Positions 25,740-39,110 of a stretch of DNA of 64,000 nt are shown piece after piece. How positions within the stretch are numbered: the stretch's first letter is position 1; each line of letters opens with the position of its first letter. The notes under the pieces are model-generated. The model had not been told where the DNA came from. It saw only the letters and a list, made by a program, of their open reading frames with translations, and did no database searches. The position numbers were made by a program, and so were the translations under genes. This stretch comes from Balanoglossus misakiensis (lineage: Eukaryota > Animalia > Hemichordata): the NCBI GenBank assembly GCA_040954595.2, contig CM082589.2, forward strand, positions 8,254,232-8,318,231. The letters run 5' to 3'.

Positions 25740-28700
25740 ATGTATGTAAACTAGTTTATTGTGACAAAATCAACATTCACTTACAGATTACCCCTTTCCA
25801 AACAATATACAATTCTTAGGGCTAAAAATACATGTAGATTCGAGACGGGAAAGTGATCCATTGGAAAACACGCAAGGAAAATTCCCGCCAATATATCTTA
25901 GAACGACTCATAGATTCCATTATTGTTGTTTATAATGTATGCGCAATTCTTGCGAAACACCAGTAAATTACTGCGTGAATAGTGCAACTATTATACCATA
26001 CTCATTTTAAACCGTACAGAACACTTGGGAATAATATGGCGCAACGCTGTCAGTGCGTTTAGTCACGGTGACGCAGTGTTTAACTTCTTTGGAGTGGTGA
26101 GTACTATTTTTCTTTTTCATTCGTTGGTGTCCGGTTTGGTGTAAAACGGTTGCATCGATTCATTGCTGTGAGTCGTTTTGCCAACACATATATTGAGAAA
26201 ATGGTTTATTTTATCTATTGGATACGTCTGCTATAATATGATATGATATAGTGCAGCGGGTATAATAGTGAAGGGGTTGGAATAATCTGGTTCACATCTT
26301 AGTTCTTGGTTTGCTGTATAGCCTCTATAGCGGTCGCCAGGTAACGCGTCGTACGCAGTTGCATTCCTTATCATTTATTATGATAAAGATATTACTTAGT
26401 GTTGCTATAACGACGAAAGCAGTTCTCTTTAACAGTTATGACATATATATTACTACAGCTGCTGCAAGGGCAACAGGCTGTATTATTCGAAAGGATATCA
26501 CCCTGAACAGATCAACTTTCGGTTTAATCTGACATTTAAGGCCGTGGGACGATGAATTGATGCCACGTCATCGGCTGTTGGTCGAGTAAATAGCCATAGC
26601 AATCATTCATGATGTTTTCGTTCGGGGGATCCTGTATGTCGCATTTGTATGACTTTATTTATTCATATAAATGCCCAATGTTTCAGTGGGGACGATAGCC
26701 TAAAACGTAAACGGAAAGAATGGACAAAATAAAACAAATTACGCGTCATGTGACTTTAAGGACTGACTACTTACGGTATTGCAGCACAAAATATGTGGTA
26801 AACTTCGGCTAAATGTGTAGATATTAGTCTGACCTATTGCTGCTTTGAGGATGAGTTCATCCTCCATGGAAATTTAGTAGAAGGGTCCCAAACGGCTACA
26901 ATGTCAATGAACATTCTATTGTTAGATTTCTAATATATCCATCATCCATCTCTTGAAAGGAAGTTGACTGTGTCTACTAAAAAGGAATTATTGATAAAAG
27001 AATTACACCTGTTCAGTCGCTTTTTGCATAATATACATCGAGTTTGTGACAGCAAAATATAGACAGTAAGACTAATATCTCGGTAGCCCGGATGATTTCT
27101 ATGAGTCAATATTATAATCCCGCCATTTTTCCGTATAGGTCATGCACCTACAACGGCCCCAAACATTGAGTGAATAGAGTGACGTACCGAAACCATGATA
27201 CCCACGTAAACAATAAGACCGCAGTATTTTGGGGTCATAGGTCACTCCAGACAATTGTCTGCGACTGTTTGCGCACCATTGTAGCTAAAGTTAAAAAAGC
27301 CGCAAGCTAAACCCATTGTGCGAGCAGTCACCATTGTAATGACCATTCTTTTCTTCGGAAGAATCCAAACGCGACCACGAGATACATGTAAGCATTTGGT
27401 AAATGAAAAACAAGAATGTGGTTCTTTCAATGTATTGAACAGGTTGTTTACCACTCGACTGTTTCGTAGCCGCCAGCGCTGAGAAGCAGGTCAATTCATA
27501 TGATAAATTAGCAATGCATCAGCCTTATTAACTTTGCGGAATGACAAATGGGTCAATAAATCTAGTGAACTGCGTCGCTTTACTTGAATAAGATGATTAA
27601 AACCCGTGCGTATATTTGAAACCCACCAAAGATCCTACAGGAATACAATATTTAAGAGATCGTAATTTTTCATCCAAAGGTTTACATTTGTTCAGTAAGC
27701 GCTAATGCTGTGTTTTGTGTTGTTTCGTATTGGCATTAGCAACAGGTTATATCCTCTCGACATAGAACGATCGGTGATCGACATATCGAAACCCGCTTTC
27801 GGGCTGCGCACAGTAGCAGGTGAATTCTTTGTGCGCATGCGTGTTTTTATGGGGTTGTTTTCAATTCAGGGTCCAAACACACGCGGTAACCATTAACAAC
27901 GCATTCAGTTTACCAGTGTGGACTTACATTTACGTGTATGTGATTTTGCTAGCTGCTGGATTTGGTCTCACGCTGACAATTTTGGAGGCGGACAGAATAT
28001 TTCAGGTCAGAACCAGTCATTCTTATTTAGGACCCTGATCATAACAATGCTAATTGTTGACGTAGATAACTTGCATGCACATAAATATTTTCATAATACC
28101 TGAAACCTTTATACGGTTCCCGAGTGGAGTTGCAACGTACATGTACACGTACTCCGCCTGAGCACCGCATGAAGAACTATTTTGGCTCTCGCGTATTTTG
28201 CGAAAATTTATTCCTCGCGAAAATAAAGTGTTTTACAGTATTTGTCGGCTACACATCAACTTTAATACGTTTATATTCACCATAAAACAGCATAAACCGG
28301 GTATCTTTTACACTGTTAATTTAAATTGCAAGCTGCCCAGGGACTTGTTGAGTCCGTCACCATGGTAACCTGAAAGCGATCATAAGGTCGTCCGCCTGAG
28401 CGCATGAGCATAAAACCAAGCCACCATTCTGTTGTTATGAAGTCGTCAGCATAATTTGGAGGCCAGAACAAGGTTTATCTTTAGGCCTGCGTAAATTTTC
28501 TCTGTTTTTTATTTGACTGCCGGTAGCGAAACTATCATACACGGTGACTATAATTAACTATAATATTGTAAATATAATGTTCCAATACACAGTTTCAATG
28601 ACAGAGAAGATGTGTATACATGTACTTTAAAAGGCACTTAAGATTAAAGTCAGGCACTTGCATAAATAAATCTGTGTAAATGATCCAAGGATATAAATTG

Positions 28701-29239
28701 ATTAATTTAAGCACACATGTATTTCATGATATGTCACCTGCGAGGCTGATAAACCCAGCTTAAAATAACTCCCACCTCGTAAAACAATTAAATCTCTGTG
28801 TAAATAGTATAACAAGAAAAGAGAACCCTCTTTACAAAGTCATAATCATGTGACCATAATCAGTTTGGGGGGAAATATACACCTATATTTACAATCCGTC
28901 TTCAGATAACCATTCTTGACAAATGCGTGCCGAAGTATCGAACTTCACGTGTAATACATTCAACCCAGAAAGCAATGCATAACTTGAAGTAGTCACACGA
29001 GCTTCGTGAATGTTTTATCGTGCACACGTTTGTCAATACCTCAGCCGCCGATCTGAAATAGACCGCTTTTGCCATTTCACCTAAGTCATGTGTTCATTAA
29101 ATTTCAGAGTTGGCCTATATACGCTACTCGCGCAAAACTCTCCGCATCAAAATTAAAATTTTTGGGCAACAATGGCAAAGAATGTCACCCAAATACTGTT
29201 TTAAAGAACTTATCATGATATGGTGACTCTTGATACAGT

Positions 29240-30406
29240 CTAGAGGTCTTCCTGAACAAAACGTGCTCCGTCGTCACCGCTATCGGACATGTTCTCGTCA
29301 TATCCATTGGCGGGTAGGACTCCATTGTGATCAATTAATGTCGTTGGCTGTTTTGGTTGCCGCCCGGCAGCGTCGTACATCTGTCGATTTGGCTCCGGTC
29401 GTCCAGTTTCTGCAACCAAGTACCGGCATTAACGTTTTTCTATGCTAAAGGTGTAAGTGTGTGTGTGTTGGGGTGAGGGGTAGCCGTATGAGTTCAGCAC
29501 CGACTTACATGTAGGAAGTGAGGCACTCCCCGTGCTCTCCCTCTCCCCTATCTCTTCTCCTCTTTCCATACCTCCCATCCCTCCCCGTCTCTCCCCTACC
29601 CCCCCCCCCACACCCGTCCATTGCTTCCACTCACCTGCCTCCACAATAGTCTCCCCGTTTGATCTTCGCCGCCGCCGCTGTAGTATGAATATGATCACAA
29701 CAGCAGCGACCACAGAAAGTACCACTAACACTGGCACCAAGACCTTTGGCAAAATGTCAACATCTTAAAAACAAAAACGTCATTGTTAATATGTATTTTT
29801 TTAAACATCAACATCTATTGGTTATTGACTATGCTAGACTTCTTTGCATGTCCAATTTAACGCGAAATAGATTCATCTCCAAATGTAATCTACCTACCGC
29901 GTCAAGATATATGGGACAGCTCCAGAGACATATTGTAAACACAAATAAAAAAACATGAAATGTGTTCGAAAAACAATACTGTCGTCTTCAGTTAGAAGTT
30001 AAAAGCTCCAAAGGGACATGGGACGTCCATTGATATTTTGGAATGGAAAAATACACAATTAAACAAACATCCATTGAGTCGTGGACCAATGTCGACAGGT
30101 CTGTCGAAAGTGTCCCGTTTATTCAAACAGGGAATAAACGATGTCATGACCATGCACGGTCGTTTTTGACTGACCTGTCTTTGGTAGAATGCACATCCCA
30201 CAGTTTTTGTCCGGAACAGAGTCGCACAGACTGCATGGTTGACACAATCCGTACAGACTGTCGCAAAATTGTCCGGGTTTGCATAGACAATCTTCACCCT
30301 GAACTGTGGTCAGCAGCGTTGCTAAGGCTACCGTGTAGAATAATGTGACTTCGCTCGGCGATATTGGGCATTTAAACTTGCCAAAAACACCTAGCGGAGA
30401 GGCCAT
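29240..30406 (-). CDS. Single-CRD TNFR-like receptor A (exons 30406-30175, 29763-29635, 29409-29240)
   Basis: Signal peptide, then 8-Cys CLCKPGQFCDSLYGLCQPCSLCDSVPDKNCGMC. TM VLVPVLVVLSVVAAVVIIFIL followed by QRRRRR. Tail ..RQPKQPTT..ARFVQEDL*. GT-AG phase-1 introns keep the frame. Confidence 0.85.
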
Positions 30407-30478
30407 TACTCACGATTTCAAAAGCGAGCGGCAGTTGTGCACGTCTTGGGGTTGAGTATCGTCAGGTTTCCACGCCAT

Positions 30479-30995
30479 GGAAAATTCCATCACTTTTTGT
30501 TGTTGTTGCAGCGAACATGCTTACTCAGTTTTGGGGAAAGTCCCACAGTTAATCCTACCGTGCACGTTCACAGAGTCCACGCAGCTTTTAGCGCGTGATA
30601 GCCAAACCTTGTGTAAAATCTGTTCAGAATGGGTTAGGTTATAGAGTATCCTTTTCACACCATGGAAAATTCCGTAATAAAATGTGTTATTCTTTTTTTT
30701 AAATTGAGCACGTGCTTGGCAATGTTTCAGGTTTAGTGGAAATTCGAATACTCACGCATGCTCAGTTCAGATAGCTTCCAGTTTGAAAAGGGTCATATGT
30801 TTTGTCTCTTCTCCTGAGCTTTTTAACAATAAACACGCCATACCACAAACTTTACTGTGTGTGGCTATGCTACCACCCAGCTTTATTACAATAATAGTTT
30901 ATAACAATTGAACTGATAAATGGCGGTTCATAAAACGCCTAAAGACCCCGCCCTAAAAAAAAGAGCTTAAAAAACCCTCTTTGAGGGAAAATTCC
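30479..30995. promoter_or_regulatory. Cluster of NF-kB-type sites upstream of receptor A
   Basis: GGAAAATTCC (30479, 30664), GGAAAGTCCC = reverse complement of canonical GGGACTTTCC (30535-30544), and GGGAAAATTCC (30985). Confidence 0.6.
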
Positions 30996-31166
30996 TCTGA
31001 AAACGCGTTAGGTCTCTGAACCAAAACAGAAAAGAAAAGAAATAAAATTTTAACAGATCAAAAGGTGACTCGACTGACCGGTGGTAGCGAGTAGACTGAC
31101 CTCATTACCATACCTACTTGATATTCGTACTCCTATAAACAGCGCCCTCACGAAACAACAAAACAT

Positions 31167-33203
31167 TTTTATATCCCTGCACCAGAATAGACCTGTACTG
31201 GTCATTTTGCTCTGTTTGTGGGAGATACAAAAACACGACACAACCAGAATTGGCGAAAAATGGCCAAGAGATATTGACCCTTTATTGCAAAGTTAACAAT
31301 GTGTAAAGATGATGAAAAATTCCTCGCCAGTTGCCTGCCTCAATAAAACAGCAAAAACCTCAACAAGGTAGGTATAGGTCAAAGGTCAACTGGCGAGGAA
31401 AATTAACATAACACTAAACACTGTAAAATAGGTACATAAAGAATCTCCCACAAAGGTGTGGGCCTAAAAACGCCTCTAACAAGTACAATCCAATGCGACA
31501 ATGAGATAAGTAAAGATACAAAGTCCATGTAAGCTCTAAAATACATATACCTCCGTCCCATACGACCTAGGTAGGGGAGGTAGATGGGGAGGCGGTGGGA
31601 GTGAAAATTCGAGGAGATGAACCAGCTCGTTGTCTTGAAGTCACGGCTGTAAAATGGAAAAGGCTGTTCCTAGTATTGACTCCCCCCCTATAGGAAACTG
31701 CAAATATTGTCAAGGCGGGAAAATGAAGTTGCTCTTCCATGAAGTGTCTCCCCCCGGAGACTAAAGTGCTGTAAACCTCCCTGTCGGATAATAGAAAACT
31801 GTAAAACTTGATCACTAAGAAGCATGTCTATAAATGCGATTATAATAGTGATTATAATCGTGCTTTTATATCCCTGCACCAGAATAGACCTGTACTGGTC
31901 ATTTTGCTCTGTTTGTGGGAGATACAAAAACACGACACAACCAGAATTGGCGAAAAATGGCCAAGAGATATTGACCCTTTATTGCAAAGTTAACAATGTG
32001 TAAAGATGATGAAAAATTCCTCGCCAGTTGCCTGCCTCAATAAAACAGCAAAAACCTCAACAAGGTAGGTATAGGTTAAAGGTCAACTGGCGAGGAAAAT
32101 TAACATAACACTAAACACTGTAAAATAGGTACATAAAGAATCTCCCACAAAGGTGTGGGCCTAAAAACGCCATAAGCCACACCCTGGTGTGGCCGCCCCA
32201 CCCAAAATGACCAGACCACCCCAGGGAAGGACCCTAAAAACACCATCCCCTGCTCTTGATAGCCATAAGCCTAAAAATTGGTTACCAAGATGCTGGTTGC
32301 CTAATGTACCCCTTAAAAGCATCTGACCTCCACCTGCCTAAGGCACGTATCTGTGCATCAGACAAACCGTCTTTAGCAGCTTGAGAGGCTGCTCCTATCC
32401 TAAAGCTATGTCCCTTGAACCTGTCTACCTCAAAGCCGCAAAAAGTGAGCAAACGCCTAAGCTGTGCCGTGAAATCTCCCCGTCCTATGCCTAACGGCCC
32501 TGGCATGCAGAAAAGAGGGCCAGGCTCACTCCCCCTCAAACGATACCTTCACTTGTATCATGTTGCACTCGTACAATGAAAAGTCTAGATGTAATAACCA
32601 AGTCTCAAAATTTGAGAGAAGAAAGTGCGTAATGTAATGTAAAATGAAAATAAACCACGTAGATGAAAACCTTGGAACAAGGTAAAATCGGACGCCGTAA
32701 TATATCAATGTGGGGCTTGTAAAGCTATACCATAAAATGTAATTACAACTCGGGATGCAAAACTGTGAAACGGCGTTAAATGAAAGCTACTATGAAATAT
32801 TGAATAACATATATACCGACAACTACTTCGTAAAAAAGAAAATAGCCTTAGCATTTACCGCCAATGCTATATGCAATTCTCTACAAAAACCTTATGCATG
32901 GTAGGAAATTGGCACTTGCCTGAAAAATCGAAGAAAAAATGAAAATTCGAGGAGATGAACCAGCTCGTTGTCTTGAAGTCACGGCTGTAAAATGGAAAAG
33001 GCTGTTCCTAGTATTGACTCCCCCCCTATAGGAAACTGCAAATATTGTCAAGGCGGGAAAATGAAGTTGCTCTTCCATGAAGTGTCTCCCCCCGGAGACT
33101 AAAGTGCTGTAAACCTCCCTGTCGGATAATAGAAAACTGTAAAACTTGATCACTAAGAAGCATGTCTATAAATGCGATTATAATAGTGATTATAATCGTG
33201 CTT
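31167..33203 (-). mobile_element. Ngaro/PAT-type tyrosine-recombinase retrotransposon, internally deleted, with split direct repeats
   Basis: Repeat A at 32940-33203 = 31602-31865. Repeat B at 31864-32171 = 31167-31474. Order on the minus strand is A1-(YR)-B1-A2-B2. Confidence 0.85.
32282..32525 (-). pseudogene. Tyrosine recombinase C-terminal fragment
   Basis: FKGHSFRIGAASQAAKDGLSDAQIRALGRWRSDAFKGYIR contains the HxxR, W and catalytic Y motifs of DIRS/Ngaro recombinases. The N-terminal part is missing. Confidence 0.9.
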
Positions 33204-36001
33204 ATTTCACTCGACTATACGTTTTACTTTGAGAAATAACATTTTTCATAAGACAACCTGAGCGCATGCGTGCTAGTAACATTATAGAAACAGTGCAAGC
33301 GAGAATACTAATGATTTACCAGTGTACTGGTAATTCATGCTGGGGTTGCTCTGTCTCTTTTTTAATTATAAAAGTTCTTAATTCACCCTATTGAAAACAT
33401 TTGGCTATAAAGGCCGCGCGACATTCAGGTACGCAGGTGACTTTTCTGTGAATAAGTATTTGGATAGCCAGTACGCGCAAATAAATGTATGAATATATGC
33501 ATGTACATGTCACAATTTAGCTGCAGTTATGTGTGTGTTATTGATCAGTCACTCGTATCATTTACACAAGTGTTTGTTCTGTTGGTCGTAAATTTAAATA
33601 GGTCGACATTTTGACAGACTCGTTAATTTATCACATTGGCAAATGATTGTTCTGTCCAGGGACTGTTTTTTTTATCACGACACACATACCAGGGCACACT
33701 TATCTGAACACTGCAGAGGATGAAAGCAATATGTTGGTATATGAGTACATATGTCGCAGTTTTGAACTTCGGGAAAGGCGTCACTGGCCAATTTCCATGG
33801 GGTAGCTATACAGAGAATGTTGAGTGAATAACCTGTTTACCCACTAAAACTGACAAGGGACACTTAATGGTGTGCGGGCATTCATGAACTGTGGACAACT
33901 CAAACAAGGTACGTCCAAGGTTCAGTTGATTCGAATTGCAACTTCAAATTTGACTATTTCGTGAACAGAGCGTTAATTAATGGTAAAGTGGTGATAATTA
34001 GGTCCACCCAAATGTTTAAACCACTGCATGACGCAATTCATGATTCGCAATCACTTCACTAAGCAGACGGTTAGGGAGGAACACTTTTTAGGGAAGTATA
34101 AGCGGTTGGTAAAACATTGAAACCTGGCCGTTCAGTTTTGGTACGTGTACCGAGTTGTCAGGGTAGGTCAACCCTGGATGCAGATATTTGAGTGGGCGTT
34201 CATGCGATACCATATCGCCGCTGGAAAGTCTGAACACGGATAGTGGGCGGAACACTTTATCTGAACTTCGACTAGTCCTAACGTTGTGTCAATTAAGTTC
34301 GTGGAAAAAGCTTTAGTTGTCCGTGCTTCTGAGAGTGATTTCAATGTTGACGAAAACTATAGAGAACAAAACGAAAGAAATTCATAATAAGCAAGCCAGA
34401 TAGGTATTTTCCAATAGGGAGACCCTGTCCACCAATACAAGATAAAGTGACAATCATGTTTGCAATAACGTATAGCTGCTACACCCTTTGCACCTCCTTT
34501 GACTTGGTTGCAACTGCGTCACAGATGGGACCCATACCCGCGCCTCACTGCTGGAAGAACGCCAAATCATTACTCATTTCTCGAAATTGCTTTGCGATTT
34601 CACTGGAACCTGGATGACCGCCATTGCAAATACCTAATTTGCATACGTCGGATACCAGTCTAGGTTCTTATGTATACATTATAACGTTTTTACGGCTCAT
34701 ACGTATAAAGTCGAACTTTACTTTGCTTGCTTTAAACGGCTAAGGGGCTGTTGATACTCTTATACGTCACGACATTGCAGTTGTAATTGGATGATTTTTT
34801 TCGCTTACGATAGCGAACGACAATTTTTCAAAATAGTTTTGGTTATGCGGCCATTTTGAGTCGGCAAGGGTGAAAAGTGTGTTAGAAAGTATTGAAACGC
34901 AAGAAAAATAAAAGCAAGAGTTTCGAATGTATTTTTAATAAAACGTTTTTGGTAAATACATGCACACTTACAGGGATAAAGCACCAAATGTTTACACACA
35001 ACATACTACTTATAAAAAGTGCAAATCATGTAAATTAAATAAGACAGAATCTGGAAAAAAAGATTCACTTCACGTTCTATTGAAGTCTTATTCACTAAAC
35101 ACATAGAGACAATATTCTTTAAAAATTACAATTACTCAGTATTTTCCATTTTTGCGTAAATGACAAAGACCCCTTCTTACCCGCCACTTAAAAACTAATG
35201 CTAGCATTTTAATCTACACCACCTAATTGGTGATATTGTTTTAATATATGCATGATGTGTAAATGTTTTTTGTTGTTTCCATATCAACCATCCCTGAAAT
35301 TGCACTCTTTATGTCACTCTTTATATTATCAATACAGCTCAAAGTTAGTCATACAGATATATGTTGAGCATAAGGACCTTTTCATGGAAATATGTGGGAC
35401 TTGAAGGTTTGTTTAAATAACACTGAAATTTTCAGATCATTGCATTACTTGTCTTGTAAATAATATGGTCCAGTATGAGAAAAGCACCCGTTGACATAAT
35501 ATATTTTGCAATTTGTTATAATACTGAGAATGTGAAAAACGTTATATAGGCATATTGCGTATAATAATATCTTATTATAGGAACGCTAAAATGTACATCT
35601 ATTGATAAAGCTTCACTCTTATGCTCAAATATATATATAACACACTTAACAACATTATAGAGATTATACCACTAGTCATTTCTCCAGCTACCCAACTGAG
35701 ACAGAAGCAAATCTATTTTGGTCGTTTCCCCCTCTGTAGTATGTCATCCTTATTAAGAGGTCAAATCGTCCAGTAAATGAAACTTGAAAGTGCGCAAAGT
35801 AGGCTACGAAATGATGTGACATACACTGTCCAGAACCTCTTTAGTACTTGTTGCTTTCAGGCCCATAAACCTACTTAATGTTTTTTTCGGCAAACAGCAG
35901 GTACAGTCACAATTCTGTTTGTTCGGGGCCAAGGAAATTTCTGTCGGGGATGACGTCATCGTTAGGGAGTGAATTTCAGACGCTTATCCCCTTCAATCAC
36001 A

Positions 36002-37765
36002 TCACACCTCGCTCTCTCGAACTTCCTCGTTTTGTGAAGACGACGTGCTGCCCCTATTGCATTCCGTGTTACCGCCTCCGTTGAGGTGTCTGGCCTCCAA
36101 CGGTTGCCTCTCGGGGTCGCGATTTTCCTGCTGCGTTGTGGGGGCGTGGAATAGTGACTCCTGAACTCCTATTATAACAAATTAATACGTCACAGTCACA
36201 TAATAATAAATGCAATTTGTAACGTGTGCACAATAGTTTTACGGAGTGATAAACAACCATTTATCTTCGATACTGTTTGCATTGCTGCAGTGGTGACAGA
36301 TGACAGCTTTTATACGGCCGCGGCCTATGTAAGTCATAAGTACGCATATAAATAATAGTTTTATGAAATGTGCATAGTATACCGGAAAAGGCTATTAGCA
36401 TCAGCCAGTTAACTCACCGCCCATTGGAACGTCGTCATGGTAACGTCTACCATATCCAGTGGCGTTTCGACGTTTCCGCACGATGTGGCAGACAGTGGCA
36501 CCTACTCCCGCTAAAACGAAACCTATTGGCAACCAAATCCAATCGTACACTGGGATGGCAGATTTCTGTTCGTCGACAATTGGCTTCTCTGGCTTCACAT
36601 TTATGTCTGGAAAAAAAAAACAATAAATTTATTGTTATCATTTTAGACGCATAATGTGACGGCGCTTACAGAGTTAAATAGAATATTTTTTTATCTGTGT
36701 ACCGTCGACGATGATCGCATGATATACACAGCCTGTGAATCGGGAGGCGATGCCATATCTACAAAATCTGGCTGTGGAGGCGCTGTCGTCCATTTATACT
36801 TGCCTATGCATTTCGGTAATTAAAAGACCACGCGGGGCCTGCCATGATTAATGCGTACACGCCCTCCCTGCGCGATTCAGGGTCACAGTAAAACCACGGG
36901 TTGACCATGTGGACATCACAATCGAAGTGTAGCAGTTTGTTTCAATCACTGTGGTTGGATACGTCCTTTGTGTTTCTTTGTTTATACCAGTTTATACACT
37001 GTATGAGCAAGGGGGCCTGACATGATTAATGCGTGTCACACACGAGTGGCATAGAGCTATTTCAATAGTTACGAGCCATGTGTAGGATAAGCTTGATAAT
37101 ACTCTACCAAACTATGTAAACCACGGTTGATCATGTGGACAACACACTATCCCGTAGTGGACAGTTAATTATGACTGGTTGACATTTTTTGCGATATGAG
37201 AACAATTACAGCTCCTACCTTATCTCAGTACCATAGATATCATCGCCGAAAATTTTCCAACCGCTGGCATGGCAGAGCTATTTCAAAAGTTATGAGCGAT
37301 GTGTAGGATAAGCTTAATTAATACTCTACCAATTTATGCAATTCACGGTTTGATCATGTGGACAACACACTATCACGTAGTGGACAGTTTATTATGACTG
37401 GTTGACATTTTTTGCGATATGAGAACAATTACAGATCCTGCCTTTTGTCAGTACCAAAGACATCATCGCCGAAAATATTCCAGTTTTCTCGTGAGCATCG
37501 CACACGAGCGCAACTAAATGCATTTTGCTAGAAGCGAATCGCTAGCTGTACCTCTTGGATATCCTAAAAGGACGAAGTTTGGCTTACCTTGATGACATAT
37601 TTTGCAATTTTCCTCGCCAGGTAGATCATCGCACAATGTACACGAAAGACAATTACCGTAGATAGAGTCACAAAACTCATCAGCTGCACAGTAGTCACAT
37701 TCTAATTTAGAGGCCAGCGCCACTCGAATTACCGCCGCCGACACTGTCATCCAAAAAATCAACAT
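36002..37765 (-). CDS. Single-CRD TNFR-like receptor B (exons 37765-37588, 36606-36418, 36168-36002)
   Basis: Signal peptide, then CDYCAADEFCDSIYGNCLSCTLCDDLPGEENCKIC. TM WIWLPIGFVLAGVGATVCHIV followed by RKRR. Tail GVQESLFHAPTTQQENRDPERQPLEA..EEVRESEV*. Confidence 0.85.
37048..37481. repeat. ~224-bp tandem duplication in intron 1 of receptor B
   Basis: agagctatttcaa..tgtgtaggataagctt..catcgccgaaa occurs twice. Confidence 0.85.
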
Positions 37766-38712
37766 ATTGTGCCGACAAAACGGGTCAGATTGGACTCAGA
37801 AATACTCGCGTGGAGCACAGTGTAGTGTGTCCAACTGCAGCCACTGAAATGAGCGAAATCGGGACATTCAATCGCTACATGGACACAGTTAGCCGTGTGG
37901 ACATCACGTGGAACAGTACAGCCATGCATGCGGTATATCTCGCACAACCAGGAACCAAGTCGCTGGCGCTGTCCAACAGTCCTCTTTTTTATATCTTAAC
38001 GGCGACTAGCTTTGTCTTTCACCTTCTAAACACACCTTTTTATGTATTTCTGTTTACCGTTTCAACTGCAGTTTCTACTTCAAAGTCCACAATTAAGATT
38101 GTCATCAACACAGGCCACATTTTGAAACTCATCGTGTTCCATTGCTTGGAACGAATCCAACACACGTGTATAGGTGTTTTGAACTGTGAACTAGGCATAC
38201 TTTAAGCCTTATCTATTGTATGAGATACCCATAGACCACAACCACCGCTTCTGTCTTTGGAACTCAGTGTAAGGAATGCATTTAATTGTCTTATTGGGAC
38301 AATTAAATATTACAAATACCATGTCTCGAAAGACAAAGACCACTTGTTCTCATCAACACGTCTGTTTATCGTGCTACTCACACTTACCTATAAAAAGTGT
38401 TACATTATGAATCAATTGGGTCTATGGTTTAATATTGTTTCTAAATATTTGTTCTTGCTGCAAGCGAGGCATCCAAATAGGAAATGATTTTTCATGTGAC
38501 GACTCTATACTGGAGCTTTTTTTTAACAACAGCGTGTGTATTATTGCCTTATTACAGTGAATGTGTAAACACTGGCCTGAGATGGGAGCTCAAGAGATAC
38601 ATTTGAATATGATAATGAAGGCCCATTTTGAAGGGAGAAAGACTAGAAAAAATATACGCAAGCCAGAATACATGGCGTACCTTACATAGCCACACAATCC
38701 AATTTAACATAA

Positions 38713-39110
38713 GGCCAGAGAGAAAAAAAAAATCTTGTTCATCAGATTTTTTGGACCAAGTTCCAGGAGCGGCGAGCGAATATTTTTTTTAGGCTGAAGG
38801 TAAAATGCGGTTAATTTTCTCTGGCATATTTGCACAGATGCAGACAATGCGAGATAACTTTACCAGAAATATCTCAGACAAAAACACTGTACATGTACTT
38901 GTAACCGAATTCAATACTATATTTCCCAACAATAACATAGGCCATTACATTTACAGTTGGTGTTTGCACAACATATTCTGGCCACCATCGGCAGTACATA
39001 CTAAGAATTTTGTAACGCGGAAGTAGAAATTTGCTGAGATCCCCCCCCCCCAAAAAAAATCCAAGTAGAAGAGGCGATTCCGATTAACAATTCATTTTTT
39101 CTTCCTGGCC
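38713..39110. mobile_element. PIF/Harbinger-like MITE, copy 1
   Basis: taa|GGCCAG...CTGGCC|taa. A second copy lies at 43498-43901. Confidence 0.75.

Noticed and set aside
32282-32539. Phage or bacterial integrase (contamination or HGT)
   Set aside because: The HSFRIGAA/LGRW motif and split direct repeats identify a eukaryotic YR retrotransposon.
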